Of a DNA stretch of 64,000 nucleotides, positions 41,195 through 51,669 are shown piece by piece (within the stretch, counting starts at the first letter, position 1; the number at the start of each line of letters is the position of its first letter). The position numbers and the translations under genes are program-made. The stretch comes from Eledone cirrhosa. Lineage: Eukaryota. The notes under the pieces were generated by a model, which saw only the letters and a list, made by a program, of their open reading frames with translations, searched no databases and was not told where the DNA came from. The DNA is taken from positions 34,472,001 to 34,536,000 of the forward strand of contig OZ024749.1 in assembly GCA_964016885.1 (NCBI GenBank), in the 5' to 3' direction.

Positions 41195-41716
41195 GGCAGA
41201 GTTGTTCTGCTAGAGAACGGATCGCAGGTGGCGGATAGCCATACGACGACCAGATATGATTTTTAGCTGCAATATAATTGGGCATCTGCCAGACGAATAT
41301 GCAACCCCAGATAAACAGTGGTAAACTACAAGGGGAGATGGAGCAATGGGTAACACCGTTAGCTCATAAGAAAACTCTCACAACCCAGTGATGTAGCAAT
41401 AACGAGGTGAGTAACAGTCATTTGCAAAAAGCCTAGTCTTCACGAGTCTGGCACGAATAAGACCACCAAAACTGCAATGTGGTGAGAGGCAAGAAAAAGA
41501 ATCAAACCGCATCGTCTTTCACAAGGGAGGTGTTCTGGCTTACGTAGGAGGCCTGTTTGAAAAAATATGTTGCAGTCTCCATTTCATACTGTAAAAACTG
41601 CCGACGAGCCTGCGACCTGTCCTAGGAAGTGTGGGCTAACGTATAAAGATTGCGTATCCCGAGACCCAAAAGAGGGTTTGGAAGGGAGCAAACCGTAACA
41701 ATTGGAACCTGGAACC
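41195..41716 (+). mobile_element. RTE-clade LINE 5'UTR and APE start
   Basis: Contains caggtggcggata...ccagatatg...tagctgcaatata, recalled as an RTE 5'UTR motif. Ends in VTIGTWN, the APE N-terminal motif. Confidence 0.6.
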
Positions 41717-42942
41717 AGGTAATACTTTTAACATTAATTCTTTTGCAATATCAATGTCTTATTATAAAGTTACGAATGTGATCATGGCGAAAATGTTCGT
41801 CTGGTTTTATTAATTTTGATGTTCAATGTATTTTTATTTGGTAGAGCAACCAACTTGAAACTTGGAGTCGTTGTGTCGCAACTTTTAAAAATGAATCGAA
41901 TAACGGAGTAAGGGAAACAATTCGTGCATGCTTGTTCTGTATGTTCAGGATTTACCTCCCTTTGTTAAATTGATCTGATTTAACTGAAATTATATCCCTG
42001 TGATTTCCTCGTCACTTTAATTAATATTGCACCATTTCTACACTTCTATGCTGATTTCATAGTATTAGCCCTGTTTATACAGATAAGATACATTCTGCTA
42101 ATCTCCCAGGTAGTTGTTCAGTCACTGTACGCAATAATTTTCATTACTATTAAATATGCATGTAATGTGTATATTGTTGGGTGAAATTGTTGCTTTAACC
42201 CCATACATCCCTCATCCAGTAAACATAATTCAAATATTTCCAAGCTTTAACCATCCCGTTTCTTATTCCTATTTCTCTTCACCTGCTGGTTTTGTTATCT
42301 TAATATTCACACCCCCACTTGTATTGTAGTGGTTCCAAGATATAACCAAATTAAAATAAATGTCTAATTAAGGCCGTTATATAACTGTCAAAGTGGGAAA
42401 CAACTAAACTAAGAATGACAACATTGTCCCCCCCCCCCGTTTCTCATAACTTTACTTCATTTATTAACTAAAGAAAGAAGTATAAATCATTTTTCTGTAT
42501 TTTTAAATATCTATATTTCTACTTTATGCTATACTTAATATGTATAAATAAATCTTTTGAATAGATGTTGGAATTTAGGTTCAAACTGGTCAAAACTGGT
42601 CAATATTGGTCAGTATATTCTGGAGATATCTTAGAACACTGTTCCTCCTCTCTCTTCTCACCTCTGTAACCAATACACTCTACTTTCTCAAGTATTGCGT
42701 ATTTAGCTGAACATGGTCTTACTAGTCTAAACTGGTAACTTTCAACCCCTCTCTCTCTGTAAATATTTAAAGTCAGCATTCCTTCGTTTTAAGACAATTG
42801 CCAGCGTTTAAAAAAGTTTAGTCTATATATAGTCGTAATCTATACCTTTGAAAAGATATTTCTTGTGCCAAAAGTAGAAACTATTAAGAAAGTTATGAGG
42901 AAACAGTCGGGTGGGACACTAAACTGTAGTCATACATACATT

Positions 42943-42978
<36 letters not shown>

Positions 42979-43392
42979 CCGACCTTACCCAGTTACACCT
43001 CTCAAATGCGATGACACACGACCGTGACCTCTGGCGTCACGCAGTAATACAGAGTACCCGTCCTCCCATGGGTACAAGCTGAAGCATATAGACAATATAC
43101 CCCCACACCCTCCCACTGCAAGGTGGTCGTGGAGGTGCCACGGCAAAAAAGCACCCAGCCCACACTGTAAAGTGGACGTGTAGGCGCCACGAAAAAGCAC
43201 CCAGCACTCACTGTAAATGAGGTTGGTGTTAGGAAGGGCATCCAGCTGTAGAAATCAAGCCAAATCAGTTCCTGTATGAGCAAGGCATGGTCAGCCAACC
43301 AGACACTGCCCACAACAGGACAACCCGTCTAACTCATACTAGCGTGGAAGAACGGACGTAAAACGGTGATGATGATGATATATATATATATA

Positions 43393-43865
43393 TTCGTTTT
43401 TTAATTTGTTTTGCGAGATTTCTTATCTGAAAACGTGTGTTTATACTTGGGGGGGGGGGGTCATGTTGCCAATAAAGACACACGCACCTGTTGGTTTTCA
43501 CTTTATTATAAATTTCCGGAAGGTTGTTTATATATTGTATAATCTCTTCAGTAACTAGGTTTTTATTTTGCGTGTCACTCCTATGTTCTGTCCTACACCA
43601 TCTTGTTTTTGTGTGTTGTGTGCTTAGTTTGCGCATGCATTACATCCGTGTGTATGTGTGTTTACTTATTAATCTATGTGTTTATTTATTTGTCACTAGT
43701 TGGTTGTTTGTTCTATCTGTATGTGTCTGATTTGTTATCTTAGTTTGGTTTTTGTTAACGAACTAACGAACCAACCAACCGCAAACTTATAATAAGTTGA
43801 AATGAAAACTAACAGGTGCGTGTGTTTTTATTAGCAACATGACCCTCCCAAAGTATAACAATATA
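43393..43865 (-). mobile_element. older copy of the 45836 fold-back family, opposite orientation
   Basis: Same tail and the same ...gggtcatgttgccaata...cacacgcacc terminus, present in inverted form at both ends. (TA)n flanks. Confidence 0.65.
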
Positions 43866-44099
43866 TATATATATATATTTGGTGCACCCCTCCCCCATCT
43901 GATTCTGTTATAACTCTCTTAATGAATATTTAACAGAAGAGAGGTATTTTCAAAGGTATAGATTACGACTATATCGATAGAAATAAAATTATTGATAGTT
44001 ACAGAAACTATTGGAGGTTTTTGTAATCTTAAAACGAAAGATTACCATAAAATTCCTAAACTATGCAAGTAACCTCTTAGAAGAGGCCAAAAGAATATC

Positions 44100-44232
44100 T
44101 AATTATCTCCCTTACACCGCTCCGTTTCTATGGGGAGAATAAAAGACGCAATGTTTGTTGATGTTAACAAATTATGAAAAATACATTGGAAACATCTGCG
44201 ATGATTAGCAATATTGCTAGACAAAGGTAACG
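44100..44232 (+). promoter_or_regulatory. candidate DNAH1 promoter / 5'UTR exon with X-box-like motif
   Basis: GTTTCTATGGGGAG at 44124-44137 is a partial RFX X-box. An AAG|GTAACG donor at 44227 could splice to the 45178 acceptor. Confidence 0.35.
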
Positions 44233-45199
44233 TAATTGAAATTATAATCAACATCATAATCACTGTTTCTAATTTATTTCTGGTCGGGGGGAGAAAGTTC
44301 TAGTTCATTTATTACTGAGAATCATCCTTTATTATAAATAATTAGTCATTGTTGGTATTAAACTCCGAGTCAGCTCTGAGCAAGTTGACCCACCATAAAT
44401 AAGATATCCCCGTCTTATTGCCATTGCGGTCCACATTATCCGGTGTGTCATTCCTAATTTAAAACTCTTTTGATACCAAACCGCTTGAAACTGCTCCTAA
44501 GTTAATAAACTCTTTATATTTATCTTTATTTATCTTAAAACCTTTCATAATTATTTAACATATACTTCAAACACCACCTTAATAACGTTATATTATATAA
44601 CTGTTTCTACTTTTGGCACAAGGCCAGCAATCACCTAGTACATTACTGGTACTTTATTTTATCGACCCCGTAAGGATGAAAGGCAAAGTTAACCTTGGCG
44701 GGATTTGAACTCAGAATGGCAAGGGTCTTATATAACGTTATTAAGGTGGGGTCGATAAAATAATGTACTGAGTAATTGCTGGCCTTGTGCCAAAAAAGTA
44801 GAAACAGTTATATTACATAATTTTATATTATTAAATTCATCGAAATTATTGATTATTTTGAAAATTACTTGAAAATCGTAGGCTGTGTCTTTCATTAGAA
44901 ATATGATTATAATAATAATAATAATAATAATGAAATTATTGTGTAAAGTGCTCAGGTGCACTACAACTCGTCAAAGGTTCATGTATAGTACATAGAATAA
45001 TACACAAATGTCAGGGAAGTGAATAGTGTATGAGTCATGAAAGAGTGTGTGGGATAAATAAATAATTATTCTATTTTTTATTGCAAAGAATTGAATTTTC
45101 ATATTATAAAGCATAAAGTTAAAATTATTTTATTATTTTAAAATATTTATATAAACAATTTTTTTTTTAAATTTCAGATTTGTTTAAATCTAATCAAAC

Positions 45200-45391
45200 A
45201 TGGATCCCAATTTATTGGCACCCGTGAAAAACTTAGCAAGTTTTATTGAGAATCGACGTCGGTCTTTGGTCACTCGGGCAAGTTCAGTGACAAGCCTGAA
45301 AAAGGCGAAACAAGAAACAGACCCATCAAGAGAATTGAGGGAGCAAGGATATTATTCTGAGATTATTGCCAAAGATCCCAACAAATTATTG
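45200..45391 (+). CDS. DNAH1: dynein axonemal heavy chain 1, first coding exon
   Basis: tttcAG acceptor at 45176-77, in-frame upstream TAA stops, caaacATGG start context. Weak GTTATT donor. Phase 0 joins 48207. Confidence 0.7.
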
Positions 45392-45411
45392 GTTATTATT
45401 TTTATATATTT

Positions 45412-45597
45412 GGCGCGGTGAATTGGCAGTATCGGTAGAGAGTCGGACGCCATGCTTTGCAGCGTAGTTACGTCCCTTTACGATCTGAGTTCAAATCCCA
45501 CTGAGGTTAACTTTGCCTTTCATCCTTACGGGGTCAATAAAATAAAGTACCAGTAATGTACTGGGTAATTGCTGGCCTTGTGCCAAAAGTAGAAACA
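45412..45597 (+). mobile_element. tRNA-derived SINE family A (young copy, 17-bp TSD)
   Basis: A/B-box-like head (tggcagtatcggtag; gagttcaaatccc), core aactttgcctttcatccttacggggtc, TSD attatttttatatattt. More than 15 related copies in the window (e.g. ~7740, 11686, 14514, 29020, 36180, 39899, 55662). Confidence 0.85.
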
Positions 45598-45993
45598 ATT
45601 ATTTTTATATATTTAATTAGTTGATATCCCACAATTTAATTAGAAACAACCACCAAGTCTTAAAGATCATTGACATTTTATATATTTTATTTATAAGCTT
45701 TATTTATTCATTTATGTTCATACATGGAACAAAGGTGCTACCTAAGGTAGCAAGGCCCAATATTGACCATATCTCTAGATTGTAAGAGGGATCAAAATTA
45801 TGACCTAATCTTCAGGCTCTTATATATATATATATATATTGTTATACTTTGGGAGGGTCATGTTGCCAATAAGAAACACACGCACCAGTTGCTTTCACTT
45901 CAATTTATTATATATTTATAAATTTACAAATTTATAAATTTATAAATTTCTGGTTGGTTGGTTGGTTCCACAACCAGATAGTTGTTTATATAT

Positions 45994-46036
45994 AGTCATA
46001 GTTCTTTCGTCACACTCTGTGACCTCTTCAGTGACT
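45994..46036 (-). ncRNA. minimal type I hammerhead ribozyme (mirror copy)
   Basis: Same motif on the - strand, with a perfect stem II GUCAC/GUGAC. Confidence 0.75.
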
Positions 46037-46165
46037 GGGGATTCCTTTCTTTGTTTCTGTGCCTCTCCTTTGTTCTGTCCTACGCCATTTTGTTTCTGAC
46101 ACACAGAAACAAAATGGCGTAGGACAGAACAAAGGAGAGGCACAGAAACAAAGAAAGGAATCCCC

Positions 46166-46208
46166 AGTCACTGAAGAGGTCACAGAGTGTGGCGAAAGAA
46201 CTATGACT
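46166..46208 (+). ncRNA. minimal type I hammerhead ribozyme (Penelope-like)
   Basis: AGUCA-CUGAAGA-G-GUCAC-agagu-GUGGC-GAAA-GaaC-UA-UGACU. Stem I is 5 bp, stem II is 5 bp (one G-U), stem III is minimal, and all core bases are intact. Confidence 0.75.
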
Positions 46209-46413
46209 ATATATAAACAACTATCTGGTTGTGGAACCAACCAACCAACCAGAAATTTATAAATTTATAAATATATAATAAATTGAAGTGAAAGCAACTG
46301 GTGCGTGTGTTTCTTATTGGCAACATGATCCTCCCAAAGTATAACAATATCGGTTTCAACACACGATTTCAGATAAAGAATCTTGCTAAACAAATTCAGA
46401 AACGAAATATATA

Positions 46414-46665
46414 TATATAATTAGAAAGTGAACAACACAATATATAACTACTCCATTACCAAAGGTTTCAGGTCCCTAGACATTATTAGTATATGTCAGG
46501 ATTTTTCATCAGACAGAGCTGATCCAGACATATACTAATATTGTCTAGGGTCCTAAAACTTTTGGTAATGGAGTAGTTATATATTGTGTTGTTCACTTTG
46601 TAATTATATAGCTTTGTTCTATACATAGAGCACTCTTTTTTCCTTTGCTTTTTCTTCGGAATTAC
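46414..46665 (+). mobile_element. second fold-back element with hammerhead relic
   Basis: ~87 bp inverted arms spanning 46414-46610 plus a unique tail, between TA/CA microsatellites. Confidence 0.6.
46450..46519 (-). ncRNA. type I hammerhead motif, degenerate stem II
   Basis: GCUCUGU-CUGAUGA...GAAA-CC-uuu-GG-UA-AUGGAGU. Stems I and III pair; the base of stem II is mismatched. Confidence 0.55.
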
Positions 46666-46687
46666 CTAACACACACACACACACACA

Positions 46688-46790
<103 letters not shown>

Positions 46791-46804
46791 TATTTATTTA
46801 TTTT

Positions 46805-47025
46805 TTTTTTTGACTAAAGAAATTTTAGCCTGATAATGGGGTTTAGAACCCTCAGATAAATGGAAAAAGATGAGTATTGATGTGTACATCAATACTCATC
46901 TTTTTCCATTTATCTGAGGGTTCTAAACCCCATTATCAGACTAAAATTTCTTTAGTAAAAAAATACGGTGAAAGCTATTCTATTTTCTAATTTCAAACCT
47001 GCTCACTGTTTCAAAACATATTTAC
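46805..47025 (+). mobile_element. third fold-back element
   Basis: ~75 bp near-perfect arms centred on tgatgtGTacatca (~46884) plus a unique tail. (TA)n flanks. Confidence 0.55.
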
Positions 47026-47048
47026 ATATATATATATATATATATATG

Positions 47049-47267
47049 TGAAGGCGTGTGGCTGAGTGGTTAGGGAATTGGATTCGCAATCGTAAGGTTG
47101 TGAGTTCGATTCCTGGACCAGGTGATGCGTTATGTCCTTGAGCAAGACACTTTATTTCACGTTGCTCCTTCTACCTGGAGTTGCGACCGATAGATAGTAT
47201 TAGCAATTGGAAAGACCAACGGAAACATTGTTCCCTCGGTCCGATTTGACGAAAGTCGATCGTTCCT
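47049..47267 (+). mobile_element. tRNA-derived CORE-like SINE, tail type 2
   Basis: tggctgagtggttag / gagttcgattcc head and gtccttgagcaagacactttatttcac core. Near-identical copies at ~35309 (+) and 13730-13937 (-); a diverged copy at ~2200. Confidence 0.8.
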
Positions 47268-48206
47268 ACATATATATATATATATATAATATAATTGTTT
47301 GGGATTGAAGAAAAATTCACCACCATCTCCACCATTACTCATCTTTGTCTCTCCTCTCCTCTATCTCATCTCTATCTCTATCTCATACATATACTTTCAC
47401 ACACATTCTAGCACCATCCTCTTACCAAAAAGCTTGTTACAGCATTGGATTAAAAAGAAACATTTTGAAATATTTGACCACATTTCACAGTTAACAACTA
47501 TGGTATAACAGATGGAGCTGATGACAGAGAAATAGAAATAAGACATATTTCATTATCTAGTTAGTATTTATTAGCCATGATGACACAAATTTTACATTTA
47601 TATTCCTAACTTCATACCATCATACAGTATTGTTTCATTTGGCCATGCTATATAACGCTTTGATATACTGTGTGTGTCATGATAACACTGTGTATATTCC
47701 AGTTTTTAGAATAAAAGACACCTTTCAATCATGACTGATCAGGAAAACTCTTCTCCAATGTGCAAATCTGGATAAGGTGTTTTGCGGAAGACCAACAGTT
47801 GTACATACACACCAGTCACCACTCTTCACACCAGTGATGGTGTCCAAGGGACAGGAAAAGGCTGATACAGCTTGATACCAAATTATTTGAAAATTATAGG
47901 CAGTGTTTTTCATTAGAAATATAGTAATGAAAGGGTTAATAAGAAGCAAACTATTCTTGATTATTTTCAAAATGATCTGAAAGTTATATGCAGTGTCTTT
48001 TGTTAGAAATATGGTAATGAAAGAGTAAATAATAAGAAAATTACACATGTTACTTTTTCCTTCCAAATTCTTGACTATTTTCAAAATATTTTGAAAATCA
48101 TAGGCATTCTTTTTTTTAGATATATGGTAAGGAATGGGTTAGGTAATTGAAATAAAATCTGAACATTTTTCTTAGGAGACTCAATAAAGTTCCATTTTAA
48201 TTGTAG

Positions 48207-48282
48207 CCCGGTATTGTTGATCCTAAAATTATCAGTCAGAATGCATTGTGGAATATACAAAAATTGAAATACTCTCCACGAG
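48207..48282 (+). CDS. DNAH1: DNAH1 coding exon 2 (divergent N-terminus)
   Basis: ttgtAG/GTAAAG, encodes PGIVDPKIISQNALWNIQKLKYSPR. Phase 0/1. Confidence 0.65.
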
Positions 48283-48673
48283 GTAAAGCTTTTCTTAAAT
48301 GTATTTTATGTGTGTGTGATGGTGGGTAGTTCAAATCCCGCCGAGGTCAACATTGCCTTTCATCCTTTCGAGCTTTATAAATAAAATATCAGTCTAGTAC
48401 TGGTTTCAATTCTCTCTCTCTGTATTAAGGACCCATGTATGTATGTATTTTACATTTAGACGTATCATTTTTATCATTTATTTACTTATTCCATGATTCA
48501 GTCTTTTCATATTCCTCCTATATTTCTGAATGAACTCAAATTTCATCCTATATTTCACAGTATCCCCCTATAATTCCACAATATTAAAATATTCCACCCT
48601 ATATTTTACAATATTTCACCTATATTTCATAATATTCATATAATTCACAATATTTCATCATATATTTCACAAG

Positions 48674-48762
48674 TGAATACATACAACATTCCACATCAAG
48701 TTGCTGTGGAAAGTCGAGCAAACTCAATATATAAAAAGACTACTGCACCAACGTCAAAATCT
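48674..48762 (+). CDS. DNAH1: DNAH1 coding exon 3 (divergent N-terminus)
   Basis: cacAAG acceptor and GTAAGT donor. Encodes VNTYNIPHQVAVESRANSIYKKTTAPTSKS. Phase 1/0 bridges both neighbours. Confidence 0.6.
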
Positions 48763-49151
48763 GTAAGTATTTGAATTCCCTTTTTTAACCCTTTTGATAT
48801 AAACCATCCCTGGCTCCGTGATACAGGATTGTTATTTGAAAGTGTTTATCATCATCATCATTGTTTTTATGTTCACCTTTCTATCTTGGCATGGATTAGA
48901 TGGGAAGTTTTGACACAATGTTTTACAACCATATGTCCATTTAGTCACCTCTTACCTTGACCCTTTAGTTACCTCATAGGACATGCAGAGACAACTAATA
49001 AGGTTGGCATTAGGAAGGGTATCAGACCAAAAACATTGTCTCAAAACATTATGTCCAACCCATGCCAGCATGGAAAAATGGATGTTAAAATGATAATATA
49101 TATATATTTATCTAAAATCTTTCCATCATAATTTTATATAAGAACGTTTAA

Positions 49152-49371
49152 CCCTTTAGCATTTAAACCAGCTGTATCTGGTCAGAATTCTCTCACATCT
49201 TTCTGTTCAAACCAGCTATAACTTGCTGCTTATACTGATGTTAAGGTGTTGTTCTCAAACTAAATAAATATCCAAATCTAATAGATTCGATTTTATGTGA
49301 GATAATTATGTGAAATAGTGTTTACCGTGAAAATACAATAGTAAATATAGAGTAATGTAAATGCTAAAGGG
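49152..49371. mobile_element. piggyBac-type MITE
   Basis: Perfect 14-bp TIRs with TTAA on both sides. Confidence 0.85.
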
Positions 49372-49624
49372 TTAAATTATTTTCCAAACACCAGCTTAAA
49401 AATGAGAAAGTTAGTTATATTACTAAGTTCCTTGTTGATTATGGAACAAACTACCTGCATCAGTTGTTAGCTGTTGAGACACTGCATCCTTTAAAACCTC
49501 CATGCTTCCTGAGATTCGCCAACACTGCACCTGATGTCCCCGCTCCATACACATGCAACACATGTATTTCATGACTCGTACACTGTTCATTTTCCTGACA
49601 TTTGAACATTATTCTATGTACTAT

Positions 49625-49805
49625 GGTGGATTGGCAGTATCGGTAGAGAGTCGGACGCCATGCTTTCCAGCATAGTTACGTCCCTTTACGGTCTGAGTTC
49701 AAATCCCGCCGAGGTTAACTTTGCCTTTCATCCTTACGGGGTCGATAAAATAAAGTACCAGTAATGCACTGGGTAATTGATGGCCTTGTGCCTAAAGTAG
49801 AAACA
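49625..49805 (+). mobile_element. SINE family A inserted into CR1 tail (17-bp TSD)
   Basis: TSD attattctatgtactat at 49608-49624 and 49806-49822. Confidence 0.88.
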
Positions 49806-50610
49806 ATTATTCTATGTACTATACATGCACCTTTGATGAGTTGTAGTGCACCTGAGCACTGTACACAATAATTTCATTATTATTATTGTTATTATCAAAA
49901 TGAGAAGCAGTGTCTTTCATTTCTGATATGGTAATGAAAGAGTTAAAGATGATATGCATCAATATTGAGTAAGATTAGGTGCTACATCAGAATAGTAAGT
50001 AAACTTATTCCCTCTTACCTATCATGATTTCTATATCTTTGAAGATGATTTGAAAACATATTAAATAATATTGACAATGCTTCCAAACTACTCTCTGATT
50101 CAAATATTTAGTAATTTAACACTTTGGATACCAAACCACCTGAAACCATCCCGATTCCTATGCTATAAAAACTGCATATTTCAAAGTGTGCCTATTATCT
50201 AAAAATCTTCCATCATAATTTTATGCAAGAACATTTGTTAAGTTATGTTACAAACACCAACTAAATAATGAGAAACTCATATTACTAAATCTCTTCAAAT
50301 TCTTGATTATTTTCAAATTTAATTGAAAATTATAAACAATATCATTCACTAGAAATATGGTAACAAAAGAGTTAAAAGTCTTATATTTATCTAAACATTT
50401 TCCATCACAATTTTATCTAAGAACCTTTGGTATGTTTCAAACACCAACTTAATAACAAGAAAGTTTGTTATATTACTAAATCCTTCCAAATTATTGATTA
50501 TTTTCAAAACTAATTGAAAATCATAAACAGTGTTTTTTTTTCATTAGAAATATAGTAACAAATTGGTTTGAATTGATGGTGAATTGGAAAGCTTTGTTTT
50601 TTTTCACCAG

Positions 50611-50699
50611 GATTTTCCATGGAAAGCTTTTGAACCGAAAGTCCAGTTTCCGTATTACACACCAACTGGCAAATGTCCACGGAAAATCGAAATTGAAAG
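50611..50699 (+). CDS. DNAH1: DNAH1 coding exon
   Basis: Encodes DFPWKAFEPKVQFPYYTPTGKCPRKIEIER, similar to vertebrate DFPLQAYEPKMQVP...PRKIEIER. Phase 0/2. Confidence 0.93.
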
Positions 50700-51669
50700 G
50701 TAAGCTGACATAAACATTTGCATATTTGATAATTAAATATTTTTGATTATCATTATTCATCATTATCACTATCATCATTATCACTATTTAACATCTATTT
50801 TCCATGCTTGCATGAATTAGACAGGTTGTCTTGTTATGAGGTTTGACAGCTCAGGTGACCACATCTTGCACATACACTTCATTTTTGGCTTGATTTTCTA
50901 TGGTTGAAAGCCCTTTCTAACACAAACATCTCTACATTATGTACTGGGAGATTTTTTCATGGCACAAGCACTACTATCTTACAGTGTGTACTGGGAGCTT
51001 TTTTTTCATGACACCAGCACTACCACCTTACAAGTTGGATTGGGTGCTTTTTCTTGTGGCTTCAGCACTATTATCTTACAGAGTGTGCTGGGAGCTTTTT
51101 TTTTTGGCAACAGAACTACCACCTTACAAGGTAGACTGGGTAGTTTTTGTCATGGTAACAGCATGTTAAAAGTGTACATCTATGTAGAATGATCTACCAG
51201 TTGCTCATTAATTTCACAATCAGGCTGTTTCATTGTTTGAACAACTGGAATGCTTGTCATTGGAACGGATGAAAATTCAGTTTAATATCAAATGTGAAAG
51301 AACTATTGTCAGATCAGACTAAAGAAATGATGTTTCCATTACTGATGCTATCTGCTGGGTGCAACTCCTGGCAGAAGGAGGTAGGATTTGAACTCAGAAC
51401 GCATAGAGCCAGATCAAGTATCACAAAACATCCTATTCAACTCTTTAACAATTCCTCTTATACACCACCTTGTAAAGACTGGTACTTTATTTATCATCAA
51501 TGTTACTGTTGAACAAATGGATATATATATATGTGTATGTATGAATACTTACAATAACTTAGTAAATTTGTGAAAATCTCTAACTCTTATTGAAATAGTG
51601 ATCACTTAGAACAATGATTTGTCAACTAGAGTTGATTATTTTTCTTTTCTGTATGATTTGTTTGTATAG

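Larger units (their letters stand above)
45836..46406 (+). mobile_element. fold-back Penelope-like/retrozyme terminal element (inverted pLTR plus tail)
   Basis: Arms 45836-46098 and 46104-46350 around a 5-nt loop, then a unique ~55 bp tail. (TA)n on both sides. Hammerhead in each arm. Confidence 0.7.

Noticed and set aside
30449-44000. Additional gene between kazrin and DNAH1
   Set aside because: No credible exons found on either strand. The region is AT-rich 3'UTR-like sequence and repeats, and the kazrin polyA site cannot be fixed from sequence alone.
45412-45500. tRNA gene (A/B boxes, GTTCAAATCC)
   Set aside because: A SINE head: no complete cloverleaf, continues into a multi-copy body, and has a TSD. 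The same applies to the other SINE heads and to ~20270-20345.
45940-46262. Near-identical ORF pairs on opposite strands
   Set aside because: A by-product of the palindrome; no coding signal.
48176-48206. Alternative DNAH1 acceptor cttAG at 48174-75
   Set aside because: All three frames hit stops before the donor; 48207 gives an open phase-0 exon.
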